From Clostridia bacterium (GTDB taxonomy: Bacteria; Bacillota; Clostridia; UBA1212; DUPL01): 64,000 nucleotides of DNA. Every line of letters begins with the position of its first letter. Position 1 is the first letter of the stretch. Of the stretch, positions 62,888-64,000 are shown in pieces. The stretch covers positions 19,675 to 83,674 of the forward strand of contig JBMNIW010000009.1 in the NCBI GenBank assembly GCA_050951325.1. The letters run 5' to 3'. The notes below the pieces were generated by a model, which worked only from the letters and a program-made list of their open reading frames with translations, searched no databases and was not told the DNA's origin. Position numbers and translations under genes: made by a program.

Positions 62888-64000
62888 ACAAACTTCCTTC
62901 CAATATCCTTTCTGTAGTACATATCCTTGAAAGATATGTGCGCAGATGCCTTGTATGCCCTTAAAATGGCTTCTTCCAAGGTTTTACCGAGAGCCGTTAC
63001 TCCGAGGACCCGGCCACCTGCTGTCACGCACTTGTCAATGCCGCCGGTGCCGGCATGGAACACATAGGCTCCCACTCTTTCGGCCTGTTCAACTCCGAAG
63101 ATTTCATATCCTGTTTCATACTTCCCGGGATACCCTCCGGATGCAAGAACCACACAACAGGCCTTTTCCTTCTTCCACTTTATTTCCATGCCATCGAGTC
63201 TTCTCTCGACAATGGCATCAAATATCTCATACAGATCGCTGTCAAGTCTGGCAAGAACGCATTGAGCTTCTGGATCTCCAAATCTTGCATTGTATTCAAT
63301 AACCTTTGGACCATCCTTGGTTATCATCAGGCCAAAATATATTACGCCTTTGTATACAATGCCCTCTTTATTCAACGCCTCCAATGTTGGCATGAAGATG
63401 TCTCTCATGCAGATTTCTGCAACTTCCTCCGAATATACAGGGCTTGGAGAGAACGCTCCCATTCCACCGGTATTTGGGCCCTCGTCATTGTCATAAGCTC
63501 TCTTATGATCCTGTGAGGATACCATGGGAACCAATGTTTTTCCATCGGTAAAAGCAAGCACGGTCACTTCAGGTCCAGTCAGATACTCTTCAATAACTAT
63601 CTTTGTACCTGATGCGCCAAACTTCTTGTTCTCCATCATTGAGACAATTGCATATTCTGCGCTTTCAAAATCGTGCGCAATAATGACACCTTTACCCAGG
63701 GCAAGACCGTCTGCTTTTACAACCACGGGGTATGTATCCATTTCCTTAACAAAGGAAACAGCACTCTCACTGTCTTCAAAAGTCTCATATCTGGCCGTTG
63801 GAATGTTGTACTTTTTCATAAGATTCTTTGCAAAAATCTTGCTGGATTCAATCCTTGCAGCATCCTTGCAAGGACCAAAGGCCCTTATTCCTCCTTTTTC
63901 AAGGTAATCCACCATTCCGTCAGCCAGAGGGTCGTCCGGAGAAACAACAACCATATCTATATTATTCTTTAGTGAAAAATCAAGTATTCCTTCCTTGTCC
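62884..64000 (-). CDS. purD: Phosphoribosylamine--glycine ligase (N-terminus beyond the right edge)
   Basis: ATP-grasp motifs are present (VVVKADGLALGKGV, VIEEYLTGPE, IEYNARFGDPE). The reading frame stays open upstream of the first Met (..DKEGILDFSLKNNIDMVVVSPDDPL) all the way to position 64000. Confidence 0.93.
   Translation of the reverse strand, partial: DKEGILDFSLKNNIDMVVVSPDDPLADGMVDYLEKGGIRAFGPCKDAARIESSKIFAKNLMKKYNIPTARYETFEDSESAVSFVKEMDTYPVVVKADGLALGKGVIIAHDFESAEYAIVSMMENKKFGASGTKIVIEEYLTGPEVTVLAFTDGKTLVPMVSSQDHKRAYDNDEGPNTGGMGAFSPSPVYSEEVAEICMRDIFMPTLEALNKEGIVYKGVIYFGLMITKDGPKVIEYNARFGDPEAQCVLARLDSDLYEIFDAIVERRLDGMEIKWKKEKACCVVLASGGYPGKYETGYEIFGVEQAERVGAYVFHAGTGGIDKCVTAGGRVLGVTALGKTLEEAILRAYKASAHISFKDMYYRKDIGRKFV

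Overview
This is a chromosomal window from a low-GC Firmicute. It looks like a cellulolytic Clostridium or Acetivibrio relative, judged from gene content and Pro/Thr-rich linkers; that placement is inference only. The window is densely coded, mostly on the minus strand, with no rRNA, CRISPR array or IS transposase.

Housekeeping content, left to right:
- metK (partial), a DUF1846 protein and an intracellular CBM-bearing glycosidase.
- The hrcA-grpE-dnaK-dnaJ operon with a perfect CIRCE operator, followed by a GGDEF cyclase.
- Two tandem hsp20 genes behind two CtsR-type operators.
- A pyrR-pyrB-pyrC-pyrF-pyrK-pyrD-pyrE block with a PyrR attenuator.
- trmFO-topA-dprA with a decayed comM, then nrdR, a MutS-like ATPase and apgM.
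- tRNA-Gln, RNase J, cell-wall enzymes, coaX with an ECF S-component, a sulfatase, a homocysteine methyltransferase, a HIT protein, alaS, a CotF-like protein, a PII-like protein and purD (partial).

Accessory content:
1. 18958-25996 carries a tightly coupled triad of a TerB-N/TerB-C protein, a DUF2791-like P-loop ATPase and an Lhr-like SF2 helicase (the Shango-type defence architecture). The TerB component is unusually large, with three TerB-N modules, and is split by a frameshift. Its start codon overlaps the stop codon of an upstream lipoprotein amidase.
2. 45016-48337 carries a DpnII/MboI-type cassette (dpnM-dpnA-dpnB-like) preceded by an extra motif-permuted methyltransferase. The endonuclease is frameshifted, and the cassette sits next to tRNA-Gln.
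3. 40161-41603 carries a lone large serine recombinase with an adjacent 11-bp inverted repeat.

Four apparent single-base indels interrupt otherwise conserved genes: two in pyrC, one in the TerB gene and one in dpnB. Either the assembly has indel errors or these are genuine pseudogenes, and I cannot tell which from the sequence alone. All start codons are my own choices from RBS context, and all product calls rest on motif recognition without database searches.
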